Position numbers and translations under genes: made by a program
Notes under the pieces: model-generated
Seen by the model: only the letters and a program-made list of their open reading frames with translations
Told to the model about the DNA's origin: nothing
The model's database searches: none
Assembly: GCA_963675745.2 (NCBI GenBank)
Contig: CAXXWX010000023.1
Span: forward strand, 128,001-192,000
Length of the DNA stretch: 64,000 nucleotides
DNA from: Phycisphaerae bacterium
GTDB taxonomy: Bacteria > Planctomycetota > Phycisphaerae > UBA1845 > Fen-1342
Reading direction: 5' to 3'
Shown here: piece after piece, positions 29,072 through 37,621 of the stretch
Layout of the letters: the number at the start of each line of letters is the position of its first letter
Position numbering within the stretch: the first letter of the stretch is position 1

Positions 29072-30528
29072 AGCGAGTTGGTTCGATGACCAGGCTCACG
29101 CACAGACTGCTTGCGATCTTGTCACTGATGTTTGTCACCACGGCCATCACACAGGCGGAGATCCGCCAATTCGGTCCGGCGGATCCGAACTCGTATACGA
29201 TCTACAACGACACGCAGACGATAGTCATCAAGTAGTGCACCGGTCTCGAGTTCAAGTTCGAGTCCTACACCAGCGGCTCCCCAGATCAGATCAAGGGCAT
29301 AACAGTCGAGCCCGATCCCAACGACCCCAACGCTATCGAGGTCGCGCCACTTGTCAGCATCATCGGCGATCCCAACGAGAGCCACACTATCGGTGCCACC
29401 AACGTGTGGTTCATCGATCTGCGTGCCGACGGGGCGCCAACCGGCGTAGTGAAAGACATCAACATCACCGGCAGCCTCGGTGCTTCCGCTGCTTCGCAAG
29501 GGTCGTTCTTCGCACGCTTCACCGGCACCGCAGAGGTCAACAACATCAAGCAGGATCTTACGACCACCGTGGCCGGCGCGGGCATCACCATCGACGGAAC
29601 CGTGGCCCTCGACAATGGTGCCGTGCTCGATATGCCGCTGTCAGCCGGTGAGGAGATCGTCATCGATGGACGCATGCAGAACGCCACAATCATGACACAC
29701 AGCGCCAACGACATCCGCTTCACCTCAACGGGCAACATCACGCGCACGGGCACAATCCGCGGCCCCGAAAGCGGCTCTTACACGGGCGACATTGAGATCG
29801 GGATCGGAGCCGGAAGCTCGGCCAAGTGGCAGGGGCTGATCGAGTTCGACGACTTCGGTGGTACACTCGAGATCAACACCCTCCTGGCCAAGGCCGATGC
29901 CAGCGCGGGCGGCATTCGCATCAACGGTAGTTTCCTGAATGGTGGCGAGATCACGATCACCAACGCCACAGCATCGGCGGGGGCGTTCGTATCGGTAGAC
30001 TATGATGGCTACCACGCCGGCGATAGCTGGGATCCCAACGCCACCGTCACAGTCAACAGCACGGAGTATACCGGTAATACTCCCGCCGCATATATCTACG
30101 AAATCACCGAGTGTCTTGGCGACATGACCAACGACGAGACCACCAACAACGGCGACATCGACGCGTTCACTACCGGCCTCACCGACCCTGACGACTATGA
30201 TGATAGCTACCCCGCGCTGGCCGGCAGCCGCATCTACCATGGCGACTGCAACCGGGACACCTACTATAACAACGGTGATATCGACGCCTTTGTCACATTC
30301 CTGAGCGACCCGGGTTGCCCAACCGGCGCATCGGAGAGCGGCGGCGGTGGCGGCGGCGAGGGTGAATACAGCCATACGCCCGCGAGCGTGGCGCTGATGT
30401 ACGCCGAGAACCTCTCCTCAGCCAACCTCACCGCTTTCTGCGGTTATCTCTCCGACCTGATAGACAGCGAATCCGAAACGCCCGTCGGCGCGTTCTGGGA
30501 GCAGGTATACAAGCTGCTGTGTGAGTAG
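29068..30528 (+). pseudogene. Secreted dockerin-like-domain protein interrupted by an in-frame TAG at 29233-29235
   Basis: ATGA overlap with the upstream gene, signal peptide, one TAG, then the same frame stays open to 30528. Twin NNGDID motifs near the C-terminus. Confidence 0.75.
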
Positions 30529-30590
30529 GCCGGGTATAAATGCAGCGCTCACGCTCGCTGGGGCGGGTGGACGATGCCCAAGGCCGAGAC

Positions 30591-30670
30591 GTAGGGCAGG
30601 TCGAGCGCGCCGAGACATGTCGACCGTGGCGCTCACGACGGCCGGTCTCGCTGCACTCGACGTCCCCTGC
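30591..30670. repeat. Degenerate GTAG-type REP doublet between convergent genes
   Basis: GTAGGGCAGGTCGAGCGCGCCGAGAC ... GTCTCGCTGCACTCGACGTCCCCTGC (inverted). Confidence 0.55.
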
Positions 30671-30730
30671 CCGTACGCAGGTCTTGTTCGTCGTGCATGG
30701 AGGCCCGACACTACCGGGGGTTTCCCAATG

Positions 30731-33700
30731 TTAGTCACCGGATAGCAGGGCCACGAATGCGTCGATGTCGCCGTTGTTGACCAGACCGTCATCGTTGCAG
30801 TCCGCCAGGTCGCGATCACAGTTCGGGTAAGTCGTGTCGTAGAGTGACGGATTGGTCAGCGCCAGCACGAACGGGTCGATGTCGCCGTTGTTGATCAGGT
30901 TGTCACAGTTCAAGTCGCCCAATATGCCGCTCGTGACGACGAAGTACTGCAAGCCGGCGATCGTCCCGAGATCGGTGGTTCGCGGTTCGCCCAGGCTGTC
31001 ACCGCCGCCCAACGCGCCGAGCACCTGGTTGGACAGGTGGTCGTGCGCGGGTGCGTTGAGCAGCGCGACTACGCGGCAGGCCCCGCTTGGACTATCAAGC
31101 AACGTCAGCGGGATCGACAGCTCAATACCCGTGGTGACGTCTTCCGGGTATACGCCGACCAGGTCAATCAGCTCGGTGCCGCCGTCGACGCCAAGCGTAT
31201 TCGAGTTGTCGATCGTGGCGAGCAGCACCTCGGGATTATTGCCAACAACCAGGCCGTCCCACGAGCGATCTGCCGCCGCCCCCTCTCCGAGGAACTGCGC
31301 GAATCCGGTGTTGCCCTCGTTGACGTACAACTCGGCATAGTTGACGTACAGCGTGTACGGCGTGTCGCCGCCGGACAGACCGATCCAGAAGTCCGCCGCG
31401 AAGTTGGGATCCAAGGTCAATCCATCGCCGATACCGGCGTCGCCCAGGCGTTGGAGCGCGCCGTCGTCGATCACGGGATTGTCGTGCAGGATGCGTTGTT
31501 GCCCGCCCGGGCGGGTATCGAAGAACAGCTCCAGCTTGTTGTAGTTGGATTCGAGGTTACCGGTCAGCAGCAAATGGAGCCGGTTGTCGGTCAGCCGGCC
31601 ATACGCCGCGTCGAGCTCGGAGCCGTTGGCGGCGTCAACCAGGCCCAGGTTGCTGTCGCCAAAGCTGGTCTGCGTGTCCTGAATCGCCAGCGGCGCCCCG
31701 TATTGGGCGTCACGGACGCCATCGACCAGGAACGGATCGCACGGCTGCCCGCAGGGGCATGTAGTGCAGTCGCTGCCGTCGCCTTGATAGTCGCCACCCA
31801 GTGCCGTGCACTGCTGCGCCAGCGTCACCAGGCACACATCGACCAGACAACACGCGCCAATCGAGTAGCACTCATCGGGAATGCCGTCCGTGTTTACATC
31901 CTGGCTGGTGCCGTCAGCGATGTCGCACGTGTCAAGGACGCCGTTCTTGTTGCAGTCGCTGCACCACGGTTGGCCACTGCACAAGGCGGCATCTTCCGCA
32001 TCGTCCACGCCATTAGCATTGCAGTCATGTACCACGACGGCCTGTGCCACACCGGCCAGCGCATCGGCGCGCAGGATCACGAAGTCATTGTCGCCATCAA
32101 TCTCAAAGCTGAACGCCGGCCCGTCGATTGTGCGCCCGTCCTGGCTTATGGCGTCCCAGGTTCCGAACAGCGTCGGCTTCCAGTTGTAGTGACCGGGTGA
32201 CAGGCCTCCGAGTGTGATTTCGTATACGGACGGCGCGACCTCGCTCATGAGGGCGTTGGGATCACTTGGATTCCACGCGTTCCAGTCGCCAACGGCGGCC
32301 CACGGCCCGGGAGCGCTGCTGAGAATCAACCGATCGTGATCGGGCAGCCAACCGTCTTGATGCGTGCGCGCATCGTACTGCACGGTGATCGTGCCGTTGG
32401 GGTCGGCGTAGAGCCAACTGTTCGCCGGCGGCAACGCGCGTTCCCAGGTGCCGTTTGTCACCTTGAATTCCTGGCGCAGGCTGTTCGGGTCCAGAGAATA
32501 CAGGGTGAGTTCGTGTACACCCGGTGCGATGTATGCCATCGGGTCGCTGGCGGGATTCCAGCCGTTGAAGCCACCGGCCAGATACGGGTGCAGGATGAAC
32601 TGGTCGCAGAGTCCGGTCTCACACTCGACATACTCCCCAATGAACTCGCCGCCGACTGAGTAGCACTCATGGCGCGGGCGCTCGGTGCAGACCGTGTCCT
32701 CGCAGCACGCTCCCTGTACGCACGGTCCCCACGAGCAGTCGCTGTATCGTCCCAGGAAGACGCCGCCATACATGGTGCAGTCTTCCTCGAGCATGAAGTC
32801 GTAGCAGTCAGACTCGACGCAACAGGCACCGGGTGCGGGTATCAGGCAGGGGCACCCGTCGCAATTCTCACCCTCTTCGAATACGCCGCCCAGCGACGCG
32901 CATTCCGTCGCGTCGGTCACGTGGCACTCGCCGGCATATCCGTTGTCGAAGCAACAGCGTCCGGCCGGAGTGCCGTCACAGGGATTGCCGTCACAGGGGA
33001 CGTTGTCACCCAGATAGACACCGCCGCTGCCGGCGCAAGTGGTCGGATCGGACTGCAGGCAATTCGAGCCCAGACAGCACGCGCCGCTCAGCAGCGGGTA
33101 TAGCGACACCGTCACCGGCGTGGCGCCGCCGAACAGCCCCAACATGGTTCCGCGTGGCTCACCGGGCTCGAGCGCGCCGCCGAGACCGCCCAGCATCTGG
33201 TTTGATATGTAGTCCACGCGGCTGCTGGTGATGAACGCCAGCAGTTCAAGGTCGCCTGACGGGTTACCCAGCGCCGACAGCGGGATGGCGAACTCGATGC
33301 CGGTCAACACCGGATCCGCGGGCGTCTCGTAGTCGATTCCGTAGGTGACGCCGGCCACGTTGCTGTTGTCCAATGCGCATTTGGCAAAGAACGGCGCGCC
33401 GAGATCCGCCCCGGACAGCACACCATCACTCGTGCTGCAACGCGAACTGCCGGCCCCGAGATAATACGCCTCGCCTGGATCGTTCGGATCAACGTACAGG
33501 CGCGCGTAATTCACATGAACCTTGGTGGGCAGACCGAAACACTTGAATGACACGAAGTAATCCGGGGCGAAGCCGGTCGGAAAAGTCAGCCCCGGCCCCG
33601 GCGGCCCCCACATGTCGGGGTTGTTGGGATCAGACGTCCCCATGCGCTGCAAAGCGCGGAAGTCGATTTCCGGATTCTCCGGCCCCAGCAGCGTTGATTG

Positions 33701-34006
33701 ACCCTGTCCCGGCAGTGTGTCAAAAAAGAGCACCAGCCGGTCACCGAAATCCGTGTTGAAGTTGCCGGCCAGCACGAGATACAGCGTGTCGCCGTACACG
33801 GCACTGTACAGCGCGTCCAGTTCGGAGCCGGGCGCGATGTCCGGCTCACCGAGATAGCTGTCGCCCATCGAAGTCTGCGTGTCCTGTTCGATGAGCGGAG
33901 ACCCATAGAGCGGATCAGCCGCCGAGCCGTCCATGATGGGCTGTCCGTAGGCGAAGCCGCCGAGCGCCAGCAGCACCAGAGCCAGGCCATAGTGGTTCGT
34001 AGACAT
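30731..34006 (-). CDS. Secreted modular non-catalytic protein: duplicated 'DTQT..GDS..GSELD' domain, GACC Cys-rich repeats, two starch-binding-like modules, dockerin-like tail
   Basis: Signal peptide, internal duplication, 'YLAGGFNGWNP...EFKV..GTW' and 'AVGDWNAWNP...WKP..GTW' modules, GDLNCD..NNGDID. Confidence 0.8.
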   Translation of the reverse strand: MSTNHYGLALVLLALGGFAYGQPIMDGSAADPLYGSPLIEQDTQTSMGDSYLGEPDIAPGSELDALYSAVYGDTLYLVLAGNFNTDFGDRLVLFFDTLPGQGQSTLLGPENPEIDFRALQRMGTSDPNNPDMWGPPGPGLTFPTGFAPDYFVSFKCFGLPTKVHVNYARLYVDPNDPGEAYYLGAGSSRCSTSDGVLSGADLGAPFFAKCALDNSNVAGVTYGIDYETPADPVLTGIEFAIPLSALGNPSGDLELLAFITSSRVDYISNQMLGGLGGALEPGEPRGTMLGLFGGATPVTVSLYPLLSGACCLGSNCLQSDPTTCAGSGGVYLGDNVPCDGNPCDGTPAGRCCFDNGYAGECHVTDATECASLGGVFEEGENCDGCPCLIPAPGACCVESDCYDFMLEEDCTMYGGVFLGRYSDCSWGPCVQGACCEDTVCTERPRHECYSVGGEFIGEYVECETGLCDQFILHPYLAGGFNGWNPASDPMAYIAPGVHELTLYSLDPNSLRQEFKVTNGTWERALPPANSWLYADPNGTITVQYDARTHQDGWLPDHDRLILSSAPGPWAAVGDWNAWNPSDPNALMSEVAPSVYEITLGGLSPGHYNWKPTLFGTWDAISQDGRTIDGPAFSFEIDGDNDFVILRADALAGVAQAVVVHDCNANGVDDAEDAALCSGQPWCSDCNKNGVLDTCDIADGTSQDVNTDGIPDECYSIGACCLVDVCLVTLAQQCTALGGDYQGDGSDCTTCPCGQPCDPFLVDGVRDAQYGAPLAIQDTQTSFGDSNLGLVDAANGSELDAAYGRLTDNRLHLLLTGNLESNYNKLELFFDTRPGGQQRILHDNPVIDDGALQRLGDAGIGDGLTLDPNFAADFWIGLSGGDTPYTLYVNYAELYVNEGNTGFAQFLGEGAAADRSWDGLVVGNNPEVLLATIDNSNTLGVDGGTELIDLVGVYPEDVTTGIELSIPLTLLDSPSGACRVVALLNAPAHDHLSNQVLGALGGGDSLGEPRTTDLGTIAGLQYFVVTSGILGDLNCDNLINNGDIDPFVLALTNPSLYDTTYPNCDRDLADCNDDGLVNNGDIDAFVALLSGD

Positions 34007-34330
34007 GATATGCCTCCCTTCGATGCCAACCAGACGAACAACAAGGCGTGCCGCCCGGAGTTCCGGGCAACCGTCGTAGCATCGGCGACGTGGGAGATTG
34101 AGTTCTTGGCGGTTTGACTTGAGCGAACACCCCGTCGCCTAGCCCGATTGTGGCGAACGCGCAGCGCAAAGTCAACGCCGAATGGCGACGGTCGGCGAGC
34201 GTGAGCGTCGCGCCGAGGATTGCACGGCCGATCGCGCGGCGCTGAATGCCACGAGACCGAAGGGGCGGGGCACCAACTAAGCCATCGCGAAGTTGCGGCG
34301 CCCCTGCAAGCCGCAGCCCCGCGCGCTCAA

Positions 34331-37300
34331 TCAGCCGGACAGCAGCGCAACGAACGCGTCGATGTCGCCGTTGTTGATCAGCCCGTCATCGTTGCAGTCC
34401 GCGAGATCGCCGTCGCAGTCCGGGTAGGTCGCGCTGTATGTCGCGGGATCGGTCAGCGCCAGCACGAATGGGTCGATATCGCCGTTGTTGATCAGACCGT
34501 CGCAGTTCAGGTCGCCAACGTCGTAGGTTGAGCCGAGGTAGAACGGCGCATACTCGCCGGCGTCGACATTCCCGTCGCTGTTGATCGAGGCCGGGCACTG
34601 GGCGATATCGGTCAGCGCGTCACCGTCGTTGGTGCCGTACGGTGCGAACGCCAGGTAGACGACCTCGGGCATGCTGCCGAACTCGCCGACCAGGTCGAGC
34701 GTACCCTCCAGGTAGCCGCCGTTCGCACCGGTCGCGGCCTGTGTCGCGCCGCTCGCGTCGAACCAGCCCTCGTAGTCGTTGTCGTTTTCGTCGGCGAGGA
34801 AGGCGCTCCAAGCAGCCACCTGCCCCGACTTCGCCCACGGCGCCGCCTGAAACGCGCCGGGTGGGTTGGCCACGAAGATGAAGTGATCGTTGCCCTCGCC
34901 GGCGTCGAGTGCCGCCACATACAGCGTCGAGCCGCTCACGCCCGCATAGAGCACGAGCGCGCCGTTCTCCGCGACCAGCGTCGCGCCGGCGTCGAGCTGC
35001 CCGTCCATGACCCACTCGCCCGGGCCACCGCCCTCGACCGTGAAGTGCCAGTCGGCACCGCCGTTGTTGTCCCAGGTGCTGGCGCCGTCGTTGAAGACCA
35101 TGTCGAGCTGCGTGGCGCTGGATTGCACGCTGACGGTGATCTGCCAAACCGAGTCGGTCGCGTTCCACGTCATGGCCGGGTCGGGCGAGATGACCGGGTC
35201 CCAGCCATCAAAGCCGTAGTGCAGATAGACCTGCGACGCGCCATCCAGCACACGGCCGGCGGGGTCATAGGAAATCTCGACCGGCGAGCCGGCTTGGGCC
35301 GGATCGGGGTCCAGGACGACGACATCACCGCCGCCACTCCCGCTGCCATCACCAACGTAGACGTGCTGGATCGGGCTGCGCCGCACGTAGCCCTTACCAT
35401 CGATAGCCTCGACGTAGTAGTCGACGAAGGCCTCGCGGATGTCGGTGACCTCGACGTAATACTCGTCGGCGATGTAGTCGGGCATTTCGAAGAAGTCGAT
35501 GCTCGGGTCGCTGAAGAAATTGCCGTCGGGGAAATCGCGATACGTCATGGGCAGTGATTGCCACGTGCCCACGCCGGCCCCGCCGGCATACGTGCGGTTG
35601 TCGTCGTCAATCACGTCGTCGGCATCCAGGCGGTACTTGAGCGTCACGCTGGTGATGCCGCTGACGTCATAGGCAAACGTCCAGATCCAGAAGTCGCCGT
35701 CGTCCTGCACCTGTTGATAGCCGTGCGACGGGCCGAAGTTCAGCGAACCGGGGTTATAAGGAAAACGCTGAGGGATCCAGACCGTCGGCGGAGTCTGGTC
35801 GAGCGAGGCGTCACCGATGACCGGGTCGGCGTATTCCATCGCGCGGTTGCACGCGATAGTTGGCTTGACCTCGAAGTCCTCCGCTGTGCCGTAGTACATG
35901 TAGCCGCTGTTGAAGCTGGCGAGAAAGTAATGCCAGGCCCGCTCGGCGTTCGAGGTGCTCCCGTCGGGATAGAGAATCTTGCTGATATTCACGCCGCCGG
36001 CTATTTGCTCAGCCGTATCAACGCGGTTCTGGGCGGCGGTGATGACGGCCCAGTTGCGCTCGTCTTCGGCCCAGCCGCCGGGGATGTCGATCTGCCCGCC
36101 GGAGTTCACCAGCGGCCAGTTCCAGTTCAGGAAGGTCGGCGAACCGAAATCACCATCGGCATTAACCCAGGCGCCGTCTTCGACGTGCGTGATATCGCCG
36201 GTGGGCACCGGATAGTCGGCCAGGTACTGCTCGATCGTGGTCGGCACATAGCCGCTGCCGCTGGCGCTACCGACGAAGTTGGGCACCGCTTCCATGTAAT
36301 AGCTGTAGCCGCCGCCCCAGGCGTTATCGCCGTCGTGCGCCAGCAGGACAAGCTGCGGCCGGCTGGGGTTGTTCTGCGTCTGAAGCGTATCGAAATGTTC
36401 GAGGCCAAGCGGCGAGTAACCGTCCTTCCAGCCCAGCGCCTGCGCCGCGGGAATCACGACGACTTTGTGCTCGGCCCCGGTGTCGGGATCGACATAACGG
36501 GCATAGTGCGGCGTGTAGGCGTAGGGATACGCGTTGGCCGGCGAGCAGCCGCGGTCGATCTGGAGTCGCAGCCAGTTTGACTGAGACGGGTTAAGCTGAT
36601 CGGCCAGGTTGGGCGGCTCACAGTTAACGCCGCCGGTACCCAGCACGAGCGGGAAGTTGTCACACGCGCGCGAGATGTGCTCGTTGGATACAACGACCCA
36701 GTCGATGCCCTCCTGGTCCAGTACTTTTATCAGACGTTCGGAGAAGGCCGTCTCGGGCGGAAACAGTCCCCGGCTCATGCCCGGACTGCCGCCCCACGCG
36801 TCGGCGTAGATCTCCTGGTAAAGCTGAATCTCCTTGCGCAGGGCGCTGTCGTCGATCAGCGGCAGCAGCGGATGGTGAAACGGGAAGATCACGATGTCGC
36901 AGCGAGTCTTCCCGCCGCTGGTCGTCCAGCCGCGCGCCTCGCGATACGAGTTGTACCAGCCGGAGGAGTATCCGAGCTGGCCGGCGGAACCCAGGCTGTC
37001 GATGTTCTCGATCAACCCGCCGGAATAGCTGACCTGCGCCCCGGCCTTTGCCGCCCAACTGATAGCGCTGATGCAGTCGCGCACACGGTACTGGTAGACA
37101 GCGACACGGTCGTCCTTGCCGAAGATTTCGCGCAGGTTGTTCGACGGGTGCGGCGCGCCGCCGTCGGTGCGCTGGATGGATTCCCAGGCCCGCTCGTAAC
37201 GGTCCGGCGACCCAACTTGCCGGTCAGGCCAGTAAATCGGCTGCTCGAGGTGCCATAGATACGTGAAATTGACGTCTTCAGCCCACGCGGTCGCGCAACC

Positions 37301-37339
37301 GAGCGCGACAACGCCGATAAGCAGTGAACGCAGCGACAT
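34331..37339 (-). CDS. Secreted GH57/GH119-like alpha-glucan hydrolase with CBM25-like module and dockerin-like tail
   Basis: Signal peptide from ATG 37339; WHLEQPIYW, FPPETAF and AHDGDN motifs; 'YLHYGFDGW...VFNDG..WDNNGG' CBM; twin NNGDID. Confidence 0.8.
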   Translation of the reverse strand: MSLRSLLIGVVALGCATAWAEDVNFTYLWHLEQPIYWPDRQVGSPDRYERAWESIQRTDGGAPHPSNNLREIFGKDDRVAVYQYRVRDCISAISWAAKAGAQVSYSGGLIENIDSLGSAGQLGYSSGWYNSYREARGWTTSGGKTRCDIVIFPFHHPLLPLIDDSALRKEIQLYQEIYADAWGGSPGMSRGLFPPETAFSERLIKVLDQEGIDWVVVSNEHISRACDNFPLVLGTGGVNCEPPNLADQLNPSQSNWLRLQIDRGCSPANAYPYAYTPHYARYVDPDTGAEHKVVVIPAAQALGWKDGYSPLGLEHFDTLQTQNNPSRPQLVLLAHDGDNAWGGGYSYYMEAVPNFVGSASGSGYVPTTIEQYLADYPVPTGDITHVEDGAWVNADGDFGSPTFLNWNWPLVNSGGQIDIPGGWAEDERNWAVITAAQNRVDTAEQIAGGVNISKILYPDGSTSNAERAWHYFLASFNSGYMYYGTAEDFEVKPTIACNRAMEYADPVIGDASLDQTPPTVWIPQRFPYNPGSLNFGPSHGYQQVQDDGDFWIWTFAYDVSGITSVTLKYRLDADDVIDDDNRTYAGGAGVGTWQSLPMTYRDFPDGNFFSDPSIDFFEMPDYIADEYYVEVTDIREAFVDYYVEAIDGKGYVRRSPIQHVYVGDGSGSGGGDVVVLDPDPAQAGSPVEISYDPAGRVLDGASQVYLHYGFDGWDPVISPDPAMTWNATDSVWQITVSVQSSATQLDMVFNDGASTWDNNGGADWHFTVEGGGPGEWVMDGQLDAGATLVAENGALVLYAGVSGSTLYVAALDAGEGNDHFIFVANPPGAFQAAPWAKSGQVAAWSAFLADENDNDYEGWFDASGATQAATGANGGYLEGTLDLVGEFGSMPEVVYLAFAPYGTNDGDALTDIAQCPASINSDGNVDAGEYAPFYLGSTYDVGDLNCDGLINNGDIDPFVLALTDPATYSATYPDCDGDLADCNDDGLINNGDIDAFVALLSG

Positions 37340-37509
37340 CGTGCGTTTTCCTCCGTTCAAGGGACACACAACCAGCTCGCATCGGCCAGCATAGCAAATC
37401 CGGGTGTCGTATCCAAACCAGGGGCGGCGGCAGGGCGTGGGCAAACGGAATTCCCCCAGCGTAGCGCTGGCCGTCCCGTAATTCACTTCGGTGTCCGGCA
37501 GCCGCGCTG

Positions 37510-37515
37510 TATAAT
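37510..37515 (+). promoter_or_regulatory. Consensus -10 box in the divergent intergenic region of the two glucanases
   Basis: TATAAT about 110 nt upstream of the GH13 start. No clear -35. Confidence 0.35.
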
Positions 37516-37621
37516 CGTGTGAATCTGAAATCGGGCAGTTCTGCGGTGCGCCTCCGTGCGACGTGGGGTGGCGTTCGCGCAAATATGCCGAGTTTGCCAC
37601 AAGCTACCAGGGAGTTGAAAG

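Noticed and set aside
28186..29235. Genome-wide TAG reassignment suggested by two nearby in-frame TAGs
   Set aside because: TAG ends conserved genes at their expected C-termini (hsp20, the 2950 enzyme, the FKBP fusion, folE), and one of the two sites lies in a decayed fragment.
34040..34130. Possible c-di-GMP-I riboswitch upstream of the 30731-34006 gene
   Set aside because: Only loose fragments are present (CAAACC, GCTACGACGG, TTGCC); the GAAA tetraloop and GACGCAAAGC core are missing. An Infernal/Rfam scan would settle it.
37340..37600. Long N-terminal extensions in the ORF track (GH57-like, also tilS, HAD, HU, GT4, lat)
   Set aside because: Downstream starts fit better with the RBS, signal peptide or conserved domain boundaries.
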